A DNA stretch of 64,000 nucleotides from Eubacteriales bacterium (lineage in GTDB: Bacteria; Bacillota; Clostridia; Christensenellales; Aristaeellaceae). Numbering within the stretch: the first letter of the stretch is position 1; each line of letters begins with the position of its first letter. The stretch covers positions 18,621 through 82,620 of the forward strand of contig JAVBQA010000018.1 of assembly GCA_031549325.1 (NCBI GenBank). Direction: 5' to 3'. The position numbers and the translations under genes were made by a program. Below the pieces are notes generated by a model. The model saw only the letters and a list, made by a program, of their open reading frames with translations. It did no database searches and had not been told where the DNA came from. Shown here piece after piece: positions 60,382-64,000 of this stretch.

Positions 60382-61668
60382 ATGAAGAGGCTGTTGAGCG
60401 CGCTGTTGACCATCCTGCTGCTGGCCGCGACGCTGCCGGGGCTTGCCTTGGCCGAGGACGTGACGCTGGCGATGCAGGTGTCGGTCGGCTGGACGGACGA
60501 GGCCGACGAGGCGCTGGCCCAGAAGTTCTTTGAGGAGACCGGCGTCAAGATCGACTTCCAGATCGTGCCGGCCGACCAGCACCACGACCTGCTCAAGACC
60601 AAGCTCTCCGCGGGGGAGGCGCCCGACATCTTCTGGATCCAGGCCAGCCCGCTGAACATCTACGGCGAGCTCGACCCGGAGAAGAACTGTCTGGACATGA
60701 GCGGCGCGGCGTGGGAGTCCGCCATGCCCGAGGCGCGCATTGAGGCCGTCAGCTACAACGGCAAGCTTTACGGCCAGGCCATCTGGAACAAGTCGGTGTC
60801 CTTCCCGATCTACTACAACAAGACGCTGTTCGCTGAGCTCGGCCTGGACGTGCCGCTGACGTTCGACGCGTTCAAGGACGCCTGCCAGAAGGTCAAGGAC
60901 AGCGGCGTCATCCCCGTCTACGAATACGTGTCCGACGGCTGGCACCACGGCCTGATCGCGGCCCAGATCGGCGGCCGCATCGAGCAGCTGATGCCGGACG
61001 CGATCGAGAAGCTGAACGCCAACCAGCTGAAGCTGAAGGACACCCCCTTCAAGACGGCGCTGGAGCAGGCAAAGGAGCTGGTGGACCTGGGGTACTATGG
61101 GGACGACTACATCAGCAACATCGGCAACGACACCCAGGAGGTCATGGCGAACCGCGAGTACGCCATGGTGCTGGGCATGGGCGTGGACGAGCAGGTCAAG
61201 AAGGACTATCCGGACTGCGCCGATGAATTCGGCATGTTCCTGATCCCGCTGCTGGACAACCACACCTCCCAGTCCGATCCCTACGGCCCGGCCAAGTTCG
61301 CCAGCGCCGCCACCAAGTACCCCGATCAGGTCAAGGCCTACTTCGAGTTCTGCATGAAGCCGGAGAACCTGCAGTACAAGCTGGACAACAACACCCGCGG
61401 CTGGACCAGCCTGGACGTGACCGAGCGGACCGGCGTCGTGCAGCACTTCACCGACGCCGAGAAGGAACTGATGGGCACCATCACCGATCAGGACTACGGC
61501 GTGGTGTTCCAGAACCGCGTGAAGTACTTCAACGAGGAGTGGATGGAGTACTGCAAGGATCTGACCAGCTACTTCCTGGGCGAGCTGACCGCCGAGGGCG
61601 TGTGCGACGCCATCGACGAGCGCCGCGCGGCCATGGCCGTGGCCCAGGGCGACCCCAACTGGAAGTAA
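60382..61668 (+). CDS. ABC transporter extracellular sugar-binding protein
   Basis: ORF 60193..61668; ATG 60382 follows GAGGAGG. Signal peptide MKRLLSALLTILLLAATLPGLALA. Confidence 0.88.
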   Translation: MKRLLSALLTILLLAATLPGLALAEDVTLAMQVSVGWTDEADEALAQKFFEETGVKIDFQIVPADQHHDLLKTKLSAGEAPDIFWIQASPLNIYGELDPEKNCLDMSGAAWESAMPEARIEAVSYNGKLYGQAIWNKSVSFPIYYNKTLFAELGLDVPLTFDAFKDACQKVKDSGVIPVYEYVSDGWHHGLIAAQIGGRIEQLMPDAIEKLNANQLKLKDTPFKTALEQAKELVDLGYYGDDYISNIGNDTQEVMANREYAMVLGMGVDEQVKKDYPDCADEFGMFLIPLLDNHTSQSDPYGPAKFASAATKYPDQVKAYFEFCMKPENLQYKLDNNTRGWTSLDVTERTGVVQHFTDAEKELMGTITDQDYGVVFQNRVKYFNEEWMEYCKDLTSYFLGELTAEGVCDAIDERRAAMAVAQGDPNWK

Positions 61669-61837
61669 CCGCCGAATCGGCGGGTTGGTCTCGCGGCTGC
61701 CGGAAAACGGTAGCCGCGAGGCATGAGAGAGGCGCGGATTCCAAGGCCGGGATCGCGCGGCAGGGGCGGCGGTGGGTCGCCCGCCCTGATCCATTCCCCG
61801 GCGCGCGGAATGGATTCCCCCGACGGGAGGTATGCTC

Positions 61838-62701
61838 ATGCGCAAGGTCTATCCCATGTACTTTGTGATGCCGGCGCTGGCCCTGTATCTGGCGCTTTTC
61901 ATCTACCCGAGCGTCATCGGCATCGGGTTTTCGTTCACCAACTGGAACCGCTACACGAGCGACGCGCAGTACATCGGCCTGGAAAACTTCAAGAACATCT
62001 TCATCGCCAACAAGCCCTACCTGAAGTACATCGGCAACACGCTGATGTTCACCGTGGTTTCAAACGTCGTGAAGATCATCCCGGCGCTGTTTCTGGCGAT
62101 CATGCTGGGCGGGGCCATGCGCGGCAAGAACTTCTACAGAAGCGTGATGTTCTTTCCGTACGTGCTGTCCACGCTGGTGGTCTGCATCATCTTCAAGGCC
62201 ATGATGAACCCGCGCAACGGGCTGATCAACCAGCTGCTGGAGCTGCTGGGCATCCCGGCGCAGAAGTGGCTGGCCGACCCAAACCTCGTGTGGCCGTCCA
62301 TCTTTTTCGTGGACGCCTGGAAGGGCATCGGCTACGTGATGACGATCTTCGTGGCGGGCCTGCAGTCCATCTCGATCTCGTATTACGAGGCCGCCGACAT
62401 CGACGGCGCGTCCTTCTTTCAGAAGCTCTGGAGCATCACGCTGCCCATGCTGATGCCCTCGATCATGGTGAACGTGATCTTCGGGCTCACCTATGGGCTG
62501 AAGGTGTTTGACATCATCTACGCGCTGACCAACGGCGGTCCGGGCCGCATGACCGAGGTGCTGAACACCGCCATCTTCAGCGAGATCGGCGCGGGCAACC
62601 TGGCCATGGCGTCCGCGCTGTCGACGCTGCAGTTCGTGCTGATGGGCATCCTCGGATACTTCATCATCAAGGCCATGCTGAGGCGGGAGGTGGAGGCGTG
62701 A
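61838..62701 (+). CDS. carbohydrate ABC transporter permease
   Basis: ORF 61832..62701. EAA loop YEAADIDGASFFQKLWSITLP. Confidence 0.88.
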   Translation: MRKVYPMYFVMPALALYLALFIYPSVIGIGFSFTNWNRYTSDAQYIGLENFKNIFIANKPYLKYIGNTLMFTVVSNVVKIIPALFLAIMLGGAMRGKNFYRSVMFFPYVLSTLVVCIIFKAMMNPRNGLINQLLELLGIPAQKWLADPNLVWPSIFFVDAWKGIGYVMTIFVAGLQSISISYYEAADIDGASFFQKLWSITLPMLMPSIMVNVIFGLTYGLKVFDIIYALTNGGPGRMTEVLNTAIFSEIGAGNLAMASALSTLQFVLMGILGYFIIKAMLRREVEA

Positions 62702-63525
62702 GGGGCAAGAAGCGGATCTATGGCGCGCTCAAGCAGTGCCTGGCCATCCTGCTGTGCGTGATCATGCTGACCCCGTTCGTCATCATCGCGCTGAACTCGG
62801 TCAAGACCGAGGCCGAGGCCAAGCGCATGCGGCTGTCGTTCCCCAGCGGCCCCTGGCAGTGGGAGAACTTCGCCAACGTCATCGAGCGGGGCAATCTGGT
62901 GTCCTCCTTCGGCAACAGCGTGCTGTTCGCGGTGGTGGGCACGCTGGGGTCGACGCTGCTGGCGGCCATGGCGGCGTTTGTGCTGTCCAGGCGGCGGACC
63001 AGACTGAACCAGGCCATTTACTTCTTCCTGGTGATGGGCATCGTGATGCCGGTGAACATGGTGGCGCTGCTGCGGGTGACCCAGGCGCTGCGCTCGATCA
63101 ACCCGCCGCTGACGATCATCTTGCTCTACGTCACGACGAACCTGCCCATGGCGCTGTTCGTGATTCACGGCTTTGTGGGCACGGTGCCGCGCGAGCTGGA
63201 CGAGGCCGGGCTGATCGACGGCGCCACGCCGCCGCAGCTGTTCTTCCGGATCGTGCTGCCGCTGATCCGGCCGGTGCTGGTCACGGTGATGCTGCTGGTG
63301 TTCACCGGCATCTGGAACGACTTCCAGTTTCCGCTGTACATCCTGAACAACAGCGCCAACTGGCCCATGCCGCTGGCCATCTACAACTTCTTCGGCATGT
63401 ATGAAAACAAGTGGCACCACATTTTCGCCGACATCGTGCTCACCTGCCTGCCCGCGATTCTGGTGTACCTCATCGCGCAGCGGCAGATCATCTCCGGGCT
63501 GATCAGCGGCGCTGTGAAGGGGTAA
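62698..63525 (+). CDS. carbohydrate ABC transporter permease
   Basis: 275 aa. EAA loop DEAGLIDGATPPQLFFRIVLP. 4-nt overlap with the upstream permease. Confidence 0.88.
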   Translation: MRGKKRIYGALKQCLAILLCVIMLTPFVIIALNSVKTEAEAKRMRLSFPSGPWQWENFANVIERGNLVSSFGNSVLFAVVGTLGSTLLAAMAAFVLSRRRTRLNQAIYFFLVMGIVMPVNMVALLRVTQALRSINPPLTIILLYVTTNLPMALFVIHGFVGTVPRELDEAGLIDGATPPQLFFRIVLPLIRPVLVTVMLLVFTGIWNDFQFPLYILNNSANWPMPLAIYNFFGMYENKWHHIFADIVLTCLPAILVYLIAQRQIISGLISGAVKG

Positions 63526-63530
63526 TGCGT

Positions 63531-64000
63531 ATGGCATACCGATTGGTTTCCCAGGATGAGAACTGCGCGCTGTTTCAGGACGGCGAGAACCGGCTGCGCA
63601 TCCAGGCGCAGGGCGGCGCATGTGTGCGCGTGACCCAGACCACCAAGCCGGAGTTCCTGCTTGGGTGTGAGCCGATGCTGGTTCGGCGCGACCTGCCCCC
63701 GGAGGCGCGGCTGCGCGTGGCGCGCGAGGGGGACGGCTATGCGATCCGGCTGGATGCGTTCAGCGTGCTGCTCAGCGGCGGCGGCGCGCTGCGCTATGTG
63801 CGCGCCGACGGCGCGCTGCTCACCCGCGAGCCGGACGAGGGAGGGCGCGCGCTGCGCCCCATCGACATCCTGCGCCACAGGTTCGATCCGGATGCGCCGC
63901 TCGCCGAGGAGATCGGCGTGGACGGCGCGCGCGCCCGCGCCCAGGGCACGCCCTACGTGGACCGGCGGGGCTACCAGACCCGGCTGCGCTTCGTGTTTCA
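63531..64000 (+). CDS. N-terminal fragment of a protein running off the window (possibly a glycoside hydrolase, e.g. GH31-type)
   Basis: Not in the ORF track. Hand translation from ATG 63531 (GAAGGGG RBS) is open to base 64000: MAYRLVSQDENCALFQDGENRLRIQAQGG.... The function is only suggested by its position after the sugar ABC genes. Confidence 0.5.
   Translation, partial: MAYRLVSQDENCALFQDGENRLRIQAQGGACVRVTQTTKPEFLLGCEPMLVRRDLPPEARLRVAREGDGYAIRLDAFSVLLSGGGALRYVRADGALLTREPDEGGRALRPIDILRHRFDPDAPLAEEIGVDGARARAQGTPYVDRRGYQTRLRFVF

Overview
A 64-kb high-GC clostridial-type chromosome segment. Hand counts give about 70% G+C inside typical genes, and intergenic regions are AT-rich. The clostridial assignment rests on hydE/F/G maturases, a CtsR box, a NifU/NifS/Rrf2 operon and a Cys-rich coat-like protein. 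I support about 50 protein-coding genes. No rRNA, tRNA, CRISPR array, transposase or phage gene was seen.

Content from left to right:
- AKR / Zn-ADH / LacI sugar-alcohol module
- Envelope genes: LCP, and an NlpC/P60 hydrolase with SH3b and PG-binding domains
- HflX with an extra N-terminal JAB-like domain
- rrf2-nifS-nifU, glyA, an orphan cytoplasmic histidine kinase
- CtsR-controlled clpB and an orphan CbiC-like gene
- A Cys-rich 326-aa protein
- Glycerate kinase / MBL / VOC, and GH2 beta-galactosidase
- Two large orphan hybrid histidine kinases
- Secreted PG-binding proteins
- A two-gene radical-SAM operon
- An hcp / ferredoxin / Crp-Fnr / rubrerythrin stress island
- Two CUT1-type sugar utilisation loci (GH63-like, GH4, GH29, possible GH31 fragment) separated by a TM1266-like regulator plus the hydG-hydE-hydF operon

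Most unusual observations:
1. A family of TIR-bounded, hairpin-rich non-coding elements. There are two 225-bp copies and one 122-bp deletion derivative. Both full-length copies sit inside convergent-gene terminators and are flanked by 39-bp and 32-bp duplications of the whole terminator stem-loop.
2. A translationally coupled radical SAM (SPASM/Twitch-like) gene and a membrane-anchored protein whose predicted cytoplasmic tail is Gly10 followed by (Cys-Ala) repeats.
3. A JAB/RadC-like domain fused to HflX.
4. A sharply low-GC mosaic 3' end of clpB.
5. A terminator-containing leader upstream of the hydrogenase maturase operon.

All functional calls rest on motifs read from the translations and on gene context. 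No database search was possible. Many very long ORFs in the track are antisense artefacts of high GC and were rejected.
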